Source of the DNA: Diplonema japonicum
Taxonomy: Eukaryota; Protista; Euglenozoa: Diplonemea
Direction: 5' to 3'
Assembly (NCBI GenBank): GCA_964019335.1
Contig: OZ025694.1
Coordinates: 476,324-540,323 of the forward strand
DNA: 64,000 nt
The position numbers and the translations under genes are program-made. Numbering within the stretch: the first letter of the stretch is position 1; each line of letters opens with the position of its first letter. Shown here one piece after another: positions 1 to 11,761 of the stretch. The notes beneath the pieces were generated by a model. The model made no database searches. It was not told the origin of the DNA and worked only from the letters and a program-made list of their open reading frames with translations.

Positions 1-1079
1 AGGAAAAAAGAAAAGAGTAGTTTTTTTTAATAGTATTTTTAATAAACAATAATGCTGCTAATTGCCTGGTTTTGTTTTTTGTTTTTTTGTTTTTTTTTTT
101 AATTTTGGACGACTGGAATGAAAAGGGAAAAGGCGTCATAATCTTCTATCAGATTCTGACGCCAGCGCTTCCCAAATAAATGAAGAACGGAAGAAAAAAA
201 GAATATGCTAATATTACGTTAATCGAAAGTGTTCCAAGCAAAAGAGAGGTCAAGTAAATGCACAAGAGGAGGAACACCTTGGGATTCGCTTTTTCTCTCT
301 TTTTTTAAAATTGCTTTTTCTTTTCTTTTTTCTTTTTTTTTCCACAACTGACTGCTATTTTATTTTGTTGTCCCCGCCCGCGAAGCAGAGAAGAAGAATT
401 CAAATAGTTTTGGCCCCATATTTTAATATTATTTTTAAGAGAAAAGAAAAGTCACTTTCTCCTTTTCTTTTCTCACTTTTTCATTCTTTCTTTTTTTTTT
501 TCTTTTTTTTTAAACCACTAAGCCCACAGGCTAATAACCGAAAAAGTCAATTTCCTAAAGAATTCAGAAGAAATGGCAACATTTAACCATTCAAAGTGTT
601 CTTTACATGGATCAGTGACCTCTGGAGACATTCAGGTTCTGAGCAGGCCTTTGACCTTTTGATTTTTGACTCAATACCCTGTTTGGTTAAATACAAAAAT
701 GCACAAAAAATGCATAAAAACACTATTCTAGCCCAGATTTAGCTTGCGTTTCACACCTCTCTTGGCGTCCGGTGGCCTATCGGTGAGTTTCTGGTATTTG
801 TCTGTGTTTCGGGCTCCGATGATCACAGTGAAGCCCCTTCAGGTGGAGTCGAGTATTCCTCACTTTTCCCCAGATTTTAGACCCTTCAAATTCTTAAAAT
901 AATGCTGAAAAGGGCAATTTATGGGTTCTTTTTTTTTCTAATATCATATATTTATGACAGGTGGGTTTAAGGAAAGAAGGGAAAAAGCACCAAGCTGGGG
1001 AGGAGGACGGCAAGACCTAGATGCAGGTAAAGGATGAGAACAAAGGGGCGTCTCACAAAGACCTCCTTTAACTCATATA

Positions 1080-1428
1080 TATGAGGTCTGTCCGGAAAGA
1101 AATGACAACAAATGACCCATTTACCGACACCGCTTTGTGCTCAGAATTGCGGTCTAAGTGTGTGCACCATATAGGTCACAATGCGCGCCGTTAAATCCCC
1201 CCTTTTTTCGGTCCTCTGTTTCCTCCGGGGGCAACCGATTGCAAGGCCTGCCACCCTCATAGCAAAACAAGCATCGCAATTGAAAAGTCGGCAACAAAAC
1301 ACCATATATGTCATCTTCCTATGGTTGCATGCTGCCCCCCTTTTTTTTTTTTGCTCATAATTAAAAAACAAAAGATTTTCGAAACTGCAAAAAAAGTATT
1401 GACATTTTTTTTTCTGTAAGAGCTCATA
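1080..1428 (-). mobile_element. MITE family A copy 1 (Tc1/mariner-like, TA-flanked)
   Basis: Imperfect TIRs TA|TGAGGTCTGTCCGGAAAGAAATGACAA and TTGACATTTTT...GAGCTCA|TA. The interior is the reverse complement of the copies at 48543 and 55662. Confidence 0.7.
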
Positions 1429-2139
1429 TATATATTTCTTTTTTTTTCTTCTTCCATTTTCTAAGGTTTTTTTTTTTTTTTCCAAACAAGATTAAAAAGG
1501 GGGGCAACACCGTAGTACGGGTTATAAACTTTCTTCAGGTTTCTACCCGGTGCGTACAAACAAAAAAGAAGCCTTTTTTTCTTTTTTCTTTTGTATTTAA
1601 CAAGTACCGCTCAGTTTCTTGTAAGAGCAAAAAAAGAGTAGTGGTAGCATGCGGTATGCCCTAGAATTTATACCGTGTGCAAACACAAAAGCTAAAAACT
1701 AACTCTTTTTTTTTTTTTCTTTTTTTTTTCCCTGTTTTTTTTTCTTCCCTCCCTTTTTTTCTCCTATGTTGGAGTCGTCTCTGGACAACGGTATAGTTTT
1801 GTATGCACCGACAATGGTTCCTTTCTTTTTTTTTTTTTCTCTTTCTTTTTCCCCCCTCCTCCCTCTTCACGTAGCTTGTCCCCGTAGTCAGCACCCAGTT
1901 TGTGGTTTTTATGACTTTCAGAGACCCTTCAGACGTCAGAAGCTATTTAATACTACAGGGAGTCTCAGGGAGTCTCAGGGTATCTCTACCTGGCAACGTG
2001 TGTAGAATGATGAAATGAAGGTCCGCAGGTTACATTACAATACGTTCCCCTTTTTTCGTTTTTCCTCAAGGAAGTTTAATATTCGCATTGTGGTCAGAAT
2101 GCATACAACTCCGACAGATTATAGGGGAAAAGAAAGACT

Positions 2140-3355
2140 ATGTTGCTGCTTAGCCTGCTGGCCATGTGTGCCGCGTCGACCTCCCCTGACCCCGTGAGGG
2201 CCGCAGTGATGTCTGTCTTGGTCGCCCGTCTCTGGGACACCGTCATCAGTTCCTGTCTCGGTTCCACCGGCGTCCGGTTCGCCTGGCTCTAGGGTACCCG
2301 TCTCAACAGCACCTGCCTCGACCCCACCGAGCTCTTGGTCACCTGACTCCGGCACACCGTCGTCATCAGTTCCTGTTTCGGTCCCTCCCAGCTCTTGGTC
2401 ACCTGTCTCTGGGACACCTTCATCTGCAGTACCTGTTTCGGTCCCTCCCAGCTCTTGGTCACCTGTCTCTGGGACACCTTCATCTGCAGTACCTGTTTCG
2501 GTCACACCTACATCCGGATCACCCGACTCTAGGGCGCCGATCCCTCCGAACTCTGGAGCACCGTCATTAGCACCAGCTTCGACCCCTCCGAGCTCTTGGT
2601 CACCTGACTCTGGTGCACCGTCATCATCAGTTCCTGGTTCTGGGACACCTTCAACATCAGTTCCAATTTCTGTCCCACCTACATCCGGAGCACCTTCATC
2701 AGTTCCTGTCTCGATTCCTCCCAGCTCATGGTCACCGAACTCTGGGGCACCTGTTTCGACTCCACCGACTCTTGGACACCTTCAACACCGGTTCCTGTCT
2801 CGGTTCCTCCAACATCCGAATCACCGAGCTCTGCGGCACCTTCATCAACACCGAGCTCTTGGTCACCTGACTCTAGGACACCAACATCCGGGTCACCTGC
2901 TTCGACCCCTCCCAGCTCTTGGTCACCAGACTCTGGAGCACCGATCCCGCCGAGCTCTTGGTCACCTGACTCTGGGACACCACCATCCGGGTCACCTGCT
3001 TCGACTCCTCCCAGCTCTTGGTCACCTGACTCCGGGGCACCGTCATCTTCAGTTCCTGTCCCTCCCAGCTCTTGGTCGCCTGTCTCTGGGGCACCGTCAT
3101 CAGTTCCTGTCTCTGGTGTACCAGTGCCTACCTCTGGTCCTGCCCCCTCGCTGGGTGCCAAGTACTGGTGTGCCTTCATCAGTTCCTCTCCCTCCTAGCG
3201 AAATTGCTGTTGTGGCTGCGTCTGTGTCAGGGCTGCTATTTGTTGGTGCAGTCGCCTTCACCGTCTACCGCAGGACACGAGCCTTGCAGTACTACGCAGC
3301 CATCAGCCTGGAGCCAGGGACTCCCTACGATGAGATGGAGCAGGCACTGGAGTGA
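2140..3355 (+). pseudogene. Ser/Pro/Thr-rich mucin-like type I membrane protein, frameshifted
   Basis: Signal-like MLLLSLLAMCAAS at 2140, tandem PPSSWSPDSG(A/T)P repeats, C-terminal TM (IAVVAASVSGLLFVGAVAFTVY-RR) ending 3355. The parts lie in different frames (shifts near 2200, 2760 and 3150). Confidence 0.65.
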
Positions 3356-5267
3356 GCAGCACAACTTTCCTGACATCAACAACAAAGAAAGGCGGAAGTA
3401 AAAAGAATTGAAAAGCAGCCGAACCTACGTTCCGAATAACAAAAAAAACAAAAATAAAAACAACCGCAAACACGATAAGCAGATTTTGATTTTTCCACTT
3501 AAAATCGTGGCAAGCCGCAACCTTCCAAATGTTTGCGTGTCTTCCCGAGGGTTCATCATGGTTGTCGTGTTCGCGAGCTTTTTTTTTATTTTAAATAATC
3601 TTAAATCTCTCTTTTTAAAAAACTGAACTTTAGTGAACAAGCTCCCCACCCATGTGAAGCGAAGCAAGTCGTACTAGTTAACCACTGCAAGGCCAATGTG
3701 CTGTGTTCCTTGTATACCTTTGTAATGTCGTATGTAATTTTCCATGAATCTATCGACCATCAAACACCCGCGTTAGGCTTTCTCCTAGATTACAACATCC
3801 TAGTTTGAGGCAGCCTTCCAAGCACCCCTATCTTCTTCTGTTTCTTAAAGTGAATAAAGCCCTTCGTTGCACGCCGCCGTGTTTGTTGTGTACAGGAAAC
3901 ACGGATCGAAGTGCAAGCGAGTGGGGCAGCGTTTTAGTTGCTTTCTCTTTTATTATTACTTCGCCGGGAGTAATTATTCAGGGCAGCAAGACCTTTGGCC
4001 GGGTCTAGGTGCGTAACGACACCTCCCCTTAAGCGAGTCATTTCAGGGGGGGTGACGGGTGCTCGGCGGAGAGACAAGAATAAGGCAGACCTTGGCTGTC
4101 ACCAGCTGTTCCAAGCAGAGCAACTGTCACCATGCTATCATGTTACTTATGGTACACCAGAAGCCGACTGTGGTAGTCGTACTGAGCGCCGTTTGTCTTG
4201 TGTCACATTAAAAGATCGAGTTTCTTGTTTTCCTCTCTCTTTTGTTCTTCTTTTTTATCCCACACCTTCTTTTTTTTAGAGCATTGCACGATCCTCTTTC
4301 AGTATAGAGGCTGCATGCCTACACAGCTGACCTTACTCATGAATTCAACAACATTCATTTTATGCGGGCCGTTGCTAACCACTTCGTTCCTATCATAGTG
4401 AATTTTATTTTCGTTGACCCCCCCCCCCCCCCCCACTCACTCTTAAAACACACACCAACCTTCGCAGGCCTTCTTCTTTTTATTTTCTTCAAAGATGAAG
4501 ATGAATGGTCGTTGACGGGTGGAACGTCTGGTCTGGAGAGGCAGTTGTGAGGATGATGTTCGAGACACAAGCCAGGCCAAGGTGATCACGCTGAAGACGT
4601 GTAATGAAGCGCACCCACAAGGGTGAGGGGCTTCCAGTGCAGCACATGACGGTGTCAGGACTGGTGGAATGTTGCAGACGGCATCACGTTTGCAAAGCAT
4701 AGACGAAGACATGCACGCAGATGTCAGATCGATGGTGCTGTAGGGGAGGTCATCACTAGGCTAGGGCCCCGAAGAACATTGCCAAACCCTTTACAGGGCA
4801 GTGCTGACCGGACAAGGTACGCCATGGGAATCTTGAGGGACCCTTCATTCTTTCCGTTTTAAAACCAAAGACAAAAGAAAAGAAAAAAGAGGATTCGTCA
4901 ACGAGTCAACGATCTGACCTTTTTTATATTACAGTATTTTGCTTTTTGTTATGCATCCTGACCCTCCAGTCTGCTTTTTTAAAACTGTACTTCTCTCGGT
5001 CCATCCGGTGAGCTTGCCGTCCCACGCCTCGCCTCTCGGGTCTGACAGCCTTCGGGTGGCGATCCCCATGGATCCGAATACCTTCTTCGTGCGCTCCCTT
5101 TATCGGGTTTCCAGAAAAAAGAGTTGGTTGATTGTTGTTTGTGATGGGGGTTAACCTGTAGAAGGATAAGCCCAACAATGCTACCACTACTCTTTTTAGC
5201 ACTAACAATTCACTATCAATATATTGTTTTCTAAAAAAGAAAAAGGAAAATAAAATATGCTCAAAAG

Positions 5268-5921
5268 ATGGCTCAGAAGGTGAACGAACCAGATATTGAA
5301 GAAGGGGATGAGCTAGCGGTTTCATGGGAGTGTCCTTTAGCTTGGGTTGGATGGGCAGAATTCTTCAGAAGATGGGCCGGCAAGGAGAGGTACTGGAAAC
5401 AAGGGGTTCCGTGGTGCGACAGGTTGTTGGATGGGCTTTTATCGTTCTTTGGAGCCTTTGTGAGCTTGTGTTTACTGTGCTGGCTGCACTTCCATTCAGA
5501 TCCTTTGGAAGGCCAGCTCTTTGTGGCGTCGTTTGGTGCGAGTGCGGTGATGATCTACGCTGCCCCAGAGGCTCCTATGTCGCAACCTTGGAATTTCCTT
5601 TTCGGGCACTTCATATCAGCCTTTACTGGTTTATGTGTTCGTGCTGCCTTTGACTATAATGAGGACTTGCGGTTTGTGGCGGCGCCCTTGGCATGCTCAC
5701 TGACCTTGTTCGTGCAGCACATCTTCCTGTGTGTTCACCCCCCTGGGGGCGCGACAGCTATGCTGGTTAACGTCACCCCCATCACCACAAGGTGGAACGG
5801 CTTTTGGTTTCTAGTTGCTCCTGTCTCCCTTAGCCTCACGGTACTCTTTATCATCGGCCTCATAGTGAACAATTTTGCACGCCGCAGGCAGTACCCTCAC
5901 AAGTGGGCCAGCTTTTTGTGA
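5268..5921 (+). CDS. HPP-family integral membrane protein
   Basis: Motifs SFGASAV, P-x-SQPWN, GH and HPPGGA; about 5 TM helices. Confidence 0.92.
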   Translation: MAQKVNEPDIEEGDELAVSWECPLAWVGWAEFFRRWAGKERYWKQGVPWCDRLLDGLLSFFGAFVSLCLLCWLHFHSDPLEGQLFVASFGASAVMIYAAPEAPMSQPWNFLFGHFISAFTGLCVRAAFDYNEDLRFVAAPLACSLTLFVQHIFLCVHPPGGATAMLVNVTPITTRWNGFWFLVAPVSLSLTVLFIIGLIVNNFARRRQYPHKWASFL

Positions 5922-7916
5922 GCGTCTTTTTTAAATGTTAAATGTCTTCTTTTTTTTTTTTCTTTTGCAAGAACGAGTCATTTGACGTGTCTAAACAAAA
6001 GGGACGTGTTTTTCGGGTACAAACTTCTTCTCCAGGTTTTACCCGGTACCGTACCCTTCAAACAACGGGTTCCTCTTTTGTAGAGCACGGTTAAGAAATG
6101 ATAATAGACTTGTTTCTCTTTGTGCCGAGTAAGGATTTACTTCTACCGGCTTTTTTTACCTTTGCTTTCCCCCTTTACTACGGGCGAAAAACAAAAAAGA
6201 AAAAAAAAAAAAAAAAAACGACAGGTTTTTACCAAGGTGTCTCCAAGCGCAGGAAACGGTCACGTTTCATTGCACTTGCCAAAAAGAAGTGTGGCTAGGG
6301 CGGGAACGGCCGACCAATAAACTTTTATGACGGTTTTGCGGATGATGTCCATGAGCATCCACAAGGCCAGAAACACATAGGTATCCACCGTGAAGTCAAA
6401 GTAGGGGTGAAGGAGGCAGATTTTGCCGGAACAGACCGAGCGCAGAAACATATACCTTAAAAGAATGGTTTTTCTTTTTTCTTTTTTTTTTCCCCTTGCT
6501 AACTCCCTGAAAAAAAAAGGAAGGAAAAAAAAGAGAAAAAACCTTGCTTTTTTTTTTTTTTTGTGATCTTCCTATTCGTCAGTTTTTTGATCGAAGCAGT
6601 TCTTTGAATCAAAATCTCTTTGTTTTTTTTTCTTTCTTTTTTTTTTTTAACGCACCATATCTCTAAAACCCGTTAAGAAAGGTCCTAAGTGAAGTAGCTC
6701 TATGCGCTATAGAGGACTTCTTGTGAAAGATCTTGAGAAATCCTGCAAAGGTTGGCTTGAGAAGATTTTGACATTTCACGGAGGCAGGGGAGGTCCTGTG
6801 GTTTCGTTTTTGAATTTTCGAAGAAGATTGTGGTCACTCTTGCAGGAGTAGAGTGACGAACCTCCCAGGGGTTTTACAGTAATTCTTTTTTTTTAAAGCC
6901 CAAACACCCCCTCCACTGCCCAAATAAAGGGATTATTCGGGCCCCCCTTAGTTTTTTATTTGCCACGTTGCATTGGTGACTAGCACCCCCGGAACGGAAG
7001 GGGGTCAACGGGGTTTAGAGATATGGGGCGTTAATAAATTATTATTCAATTGCATATTTGAGCAGAAATAATAACTAGAACTTTGCCACGCCTCTTTATT
7101 AGGTTTGTATTTTGTCTTTTTTGTTTTAAAACAATATTATTGTCGAGACTAAAAACTAGTTGATGGCAGCGTAATGAGCTATTTTATTAGGTAAAATCCC
7201 GCTCGTGCGCACAAACAAAAGCCGAAAAGACCAATACGACAGTTCAAAACTATTATTTTTTGTGGATTGCGTTGCTAACCCCCACCCCCCACCCCCATCA
7301 TTATGAACTCAAATGTCCTTCTCTTTTGTCACATGGTGTGCTACATTCAACGAGACGATTTATCGCCCACCACTCTCTCCGTTTCTTTTTCAGGCGTCCT
7401 GCCACATACCGCAGGTACCCTTAAATGTCTCTTTTTTTTTTTTTTTTTTCTTTTCAAGGGGCAGCAAGACCTTTAGGTAACGACACCTCCCCTTAAGCGA
7501 GTCACGTCGGCGAGCAACTGTCACCAAGGCACAAACAGACCAGACCTGTATGGAGCCGTACGCACAGCACTTTTTCAGATTTTGCTGCGTTCGCCGACAA
7601 CGTAGGGGAGGCACCGCACAAGTTAGAAGCTCATTCCAATGTGTCGGAGGACTACAAGCACACCCATGCGCCGTTTGACTTGTGTCACCTTGACGTTAAA
7701 AAATCGAGTTTTTTCGCGCACAACACAAATGCTTTAACAATATTTTTGTCGAGACTAAAAACTAGTTGATGGCAGCGTAATGAGCTATTTTATTAGGGTA
7801 AACTTCCGCTCGTGCGGCAAGAATGAAAAGTGCCAAAACTAGTTTTTTTTTTTTTTTTTCCCTCTTCTTTTCAGCGCAAAAAAACGCAGTTCTGTTTTCT
7901 CCCCCCCCCCCCCCCC

Positions 7917-8095
7917 TAGGGCTATGCTGGCATGGAAACGCGTTTCCATGCATTTTTTGAAAAAAAGGGAAACGGAAACGGATACGGAAACGTTTCCTTA
8001 TGTTTCCTTAAGAAGGAAGCCGTTTCCATAAGAATTTTGAAAAGTATGGAAACGGAAACGGAAACGTTTCTACGTTTCCTGCCAGCATAGCCCTA
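7917..8095. mobile_element. Small MITE, TA-flanked
   Basis: TIR TAGGGCTATGCTGGCA / TGCCAGCATAGCCCTA; internal GGAAAC/GTTTCC repeats. Confidence 0.75.
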
Positions 8096-8503
8096 GGGGG
8101 GGTCATAAGGGGGTCGTTATTTGCCCTTTTTCAGGCTCTTCGTCAAGGGCATTTTGGGCCCTTAAAAAAACTGTAACCACCCCAAAAGTGCCCACAAATC
8201 ACCCAAACCCCCGTTTCCCGATGGTTTCCGGCCCCAGAAGTGCCCAGAATCATGTTCTAATTTTGGGGCCCCCGTTTGGTACTTTCCCTATGTAATCCTA
8301 GGGAACATAAAATAGGGGCCCCAAAATTAGAACATGATTCTGGGCACTTCTGGGGCCGGAAACCATCGGGAAACGGGGGTTTGGGTGATTTGTGGGCACT
8401 TTTGGGGTGGTTACAGTTTTTTTAAGGGCCCAAAATGCCCTTGACGAAGAGCCTGAAAAAGGGCAAAAAGTGGCCCTTTTTAAGGACCATATGACCCCCC
8501 CTA
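8094..8503. mobile_element. Foldback-type MITE with ~150-bp perfect inverted arms
   Basis: Outer TAGGGGGGGTCATA / TATGACCCCCCCTA. Arms ~8120-8272 and ~8315-8467 are exact reverse complements. Confidence 0.85.
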
Positions 8504-8608
8504 CCCCCGTTCTTTTCCACTTTTTTATCGATTACAAAAAGACTACAGGCACCGACAAACGCCCACAAAAGAAAAAACAGGTCCCCCCCCCCCTTTTTTT
8601 TCGACACA

Positions 8609-11600
8609 ATGAAACCAACGGAAACCACAATCGGTGGAGATAAGAAGCCGGGTTTCTGGGAGAGTGTCAATCTCGCGATGACAAAGAACGCGCGGCTCAA
8701 GCTGCGTTCGCTGAAGACCCCCGCAGTTGTAATACTGCCTGCCTTGATAGCGGCACTGCTTGCTACTACCTTATCGTCCCAGAGCTTCGACGACAGCGAG
8801 CACCTGGAGGACCATATTGATGTTGATTCATATTTCCGTCCATGGATGTGCACGCGACACAACAAGGCAGAGCCTGCAGGGTACGCTCGCTGTCCAGATA
8901 ACCCGCCGGAGTGGCACTGCCTGGGCAACCTCTGCTTGAACAGCTCGCTCTCCGACAACAAGACCCTCAACACCGTCCTTCGTCCATGGTTCGGGATGAC
9001 GAGCTCCTCCACTGTCCCGTGCTTCGACGTCGTAGCGTTGTGGAGACACTTTGCGCAGATGATAAAGCTCCCTGGCGAGAGCAGAGAAGGCGTCAGCCTC
9101 CCTAATGCACTTCGGTCAGGAAAGAAAATCAGCGTGCATGGGGATTCTACGTTAGTTGCGAGATTTGATGACTGGTTCATCAGCAACTCTTACACGTACC
9201 AGTTCGTTCGGTCGTTGAAGTTTTCCGCAGAAAAGGAAGCAACGGAGTACGCGACCTCCCGTGCAGGGTTGAGCAAGATGTGGGCGGTGGTTGTGCTGAA
9301 CGGCCCTGCCGATTACACTATCCGGATGAACAGTACGTCTACACCCTCCACTGCTGCTTCCACCGCTTCCGGGAAGGGGTTTAATGAACAGTTTCGCGCG
9401 TACCTCGGTGGGGGGTTTCTGACCATCCAGAGCCTCATCAACCGCAACCTCACAGGGACCGCCGCCTCTGACGAGCCCCTCCTCGTTCCCATGCCCGTGC
9501 AGGGATACCGCACCGACACCTTCTTGGCGGATGTTGGTGGATTCCTGCCGGTGTTGACGCTGGCTTTTGTTTACTCCTTCACACAGCTTGTGTCAGACAT
9601 CGTGAGGGAAAAGGAGATGGGCACCCGTGAAGCAATGCGTGTCGTGGGGTTGCCCGCTTCGGTTTTCAATATTTCCTGGCTCTTCACTGGGATGATTCAG
9701 ATGGTGCTCGCCAGCTTTCTTGCCGCTGCCGTGGTGGCCGCCTCCTTCCCGATCGAAACGAGCTGTTGCCTCACCCTCGTTCTGTTCATAAGCTACGGGC
9801 TGTCGTTGGCGGCGGCCGGGGTCCTGCTATCGGTGCTGTTTTCTAAGGCGTCGCATGCGGGCCTCGTGAGCCCTGTGGTGTACCTCATGTGCACGATACC
9901 CTCATTCGTCGTGAGTGACCCTTCCATGTTGACGCAGTACAGCCTGTCCTGCTGCAGCACTTACGCCTTCGGGCGGGCACTGGCGCTGCTCTTTAACACG
10001 GCAGAGAATGGCAACACGACGGAGGAGGAAGCGTCGTACTCGGTGATGGCCGCGCTGGCCTGTATTTGGTGCGACACGGCTCTGTACCTCCAGCTGGCCG
10101 TGTGGTTGGACGAACAAAACCTTGACAACTACGTTCCCTTCGACTTCAGCTGGAACAACGCCCTATGGGACAACATGACATGCTCAGAGCACTTGCGCTA
10201 CTACGCTTCTCTAGAGGGAGTGCACAGCACGGAGCTGGATGACCACGTAGACGGCATCCTGGAGAGGCTAGGGATGGGGGGTGACAAGGACACTTATTCC
10301 GCGGTGCTGACAACTGAAATGAGACACAAGCTGGGTACAGGGGTCTCACAGATGGGAAACTCGAAATTCCTGACGCAGGATGTTGAACTGCAACCGACGG
10401 CAGCCTCCGAACCGGGCCTTGCAAACATAAACCCCACACAGCAAGAGGTGGAAGACACCCATACTGCTGCCTTCCAGGTACTGCTGCCTGCTATCGTAGT
10501 GCTGTACACACTGCTACTGGTGACTCTATCTAATGCAGATCTTCCACCTTTGGAACTCGTTAAGTACGAAAGGAACTCAATCTTTCCGGTGTCGGCGCAC
10601 AGCATGTACGCTGGGAAAGGAATAATCCAAGGTGTGGAACCAATGCCAGGTGAGTACAAAAGCGCTGCCGACATGAGCAAGTACCTGCTTCGCAGGGAAA
10701 GCTCCGTTGGTTGCTGGCAGGCACTGTTCGAAGCAGATGATAATACACAAACGGCGTTTTTCAACACAAGCAGTCTGCACAGCCTGCCCATCATGCTAAA
10801 TGGGTACGCCTCCATGCGTTACCAGCAGCGATGGCACAACGAAGGCATCCGGGTCATGAGCCACCCTCTCCCATACGGTGATACGGAACACGGGACGGAC
10901 ATGTTGGCAATGATGGTGGCGGTGTGTGTTGTGCTGCCATTGTGCATTGTACCAGCAAGCTACGCGGCACATGAATTGAAGGCTGAGTTCTGGCCGTCAG
11001 GTTTCTCTAGACACGTGTTGATATCTGCTGCGTCAGCTTTTCTCGTTGTAACGATATTCTTCATGTTCGGACGAGTGGAGTACACAGGGAGCTTGGAGGC
11101 GTACTGTGCTATCGTGTTGTTGTTGTCCTTGTACGGGTTGGCCTCGTTGCTGATGGCGTGCGTTGTGTCTTGTTTCGGGGGGCAGGACGCGATGCTGCTG
11201 GTGAATGTGGTGTCGGGTTTCGTGCTGCCCGTTGCGGTCACAATATTGCGGATGATTGGTTCAACGCCAGAGACAGTGCTGGTGATGAGGTTTGTATTTC
11301 GTGTAGTGCCAGCATTCTGCCTTGGGGATGGTGTCCTCGCGATGGCCCTGCAACTAGCAGCCCCTCTTTCCATGGAAGTGGTGGGATGGGATGCTGTTGC
11401 ACTGTGTGTGATGCTCCCCTTGTTTGCTGTTCTCGCCTTTCGCATATCGGAAAATGCTGAGGACGGGCTGGGACGGGTTCGCAGGGTGGAGGTATTCAGC
11501 AGCGACTTCGATCTGTTCGTGGATGCCGACAGCGAGACTGTTTTCAAAGACAAGGAGAAGGTGAAGGTGTACCCGGAGCACAAGTTGAACTTGATGGACG

Positions 11601-11761
11601 CGAACCAGCTCGTCTTAGATGAAGAATTCAAGAGGAAGGGCTGCTATTTGTTGGTGCAGTCGCCTTCACCGTCTACCGCAGGACACGAGCCTTGCAGTAC
11701 TACGCAGCCATCAGCCTGGAGCCAGGGACTCCCTACGAAGATGGAGCAGGTACTGGAGTGA
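8609..11761 (+). CDS. ABCA-subfamily transporter derivative lacking intact nucleotide-binding domains
   Basis: ABCA hallmarks: N-terminal KN-RLK-R plus TM1, GFLTIQ, IVREKE-G-REAMRV-GL, FNTSSLHSLP and two TM bundles. Only a degenerate NBD1 fragment remains (no Walker A/B) and NBD2 is absent. Confidence 0.8.
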   Translation: MKPTETTIGGDKKPGFWESVNLAMTKNARLKLRSLKTPAVVILPALIAALLATTLSSQSFDDSEHLEDHIDVDSYFRPWMCTRHNKAEPAGYARCPDNPPEWHCLGNLCLNSSLSDNKTLNTVLRPWFGMTSSSTVPCFDVVALWRHFAQMIKLPGESREGVSLPNALRSGKKISVHGDSTLVARFDDWFISNSYTYQFVRSLKFSAEKEATEYATSRAGLSKMWAVVVLNGPADYTIRMNSTSTPSTAASTASGKGFNEQFRAYLGGGFLTIQSLINRNLTGTAASDEPLLVPMPVQGYRTDTFLADVGGFLPVLTLAFVYSFTQLVSDIVREKEMGTREAMRVVGLPASVFNISWLFTGMIQMVLASFLAAAVVAASFPIETSCCLTLVLFISYGLSLAAAGVLLSVLFSKASHAGLVSPVVYLMCTIPSFVVSDPSMLTQYSLSCCSTYAFGRALALLFNTAENGNTTEEEASYSVMAALACIWCDTALYLQLAVWLDEQNLDNYVPFDFSWNNALWDNMTCSEHLRYYASLEGVHSTELDDHVDGILERLGMGGDKDTYSAVLTTEMRHKLGTGVSQMGNSKFLTQDVELQPTAASEPGLANINPTQQEVEDTHTAAFQVLLPAIVVLYTLLLVTLSNADLPPLELVKYERNSIFPVSAHSMYAGKGIIQGVEPMPGEYKSAADMSKYLLRRESSVGCWQALFEADDNTQTAFFNTSSLHSLPIMLNGYASMRYQQRWHNEGIRVMSHPLPYGDTEHGTDMLAMMVAVCVVLPLCIVPASYAAHELKAEFWPSGFSRHVLISAASAFLVVTIFFMFGRVEYTGSLEAYCAIVLLLSLYGLASLLMACVVSCFGGQDAMLLVNVVSGFVLPVAVTILRMIGSTPETVLVMRFVFRVVPAFCLGDGVLAMALQLAAPLSMEVVGWDAVALCVMLPLFAVLAFRISENAEDGLGRVRRVEVFSSDFDLFVDADSETVFKDKEKVKVYPEHKLNLMDANQLVLDEEFKRKGCYLLVQSPSPSTAGHEPCSTTQPSAWSQGLPTKMEQVLE

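Noticed and set aside
2119-3179. Minus-strand acidic GDQELGG repeat ORFs
   Set aside because: Antisense of the mucin repeats; the signal peptide and TM are on the + strand.
4490-4840. GC-richer coding-like patch (similar patches at 25083-25319 and 56990-57330)
   Set aside because: Short or stop-interrupted with no recognisable family.
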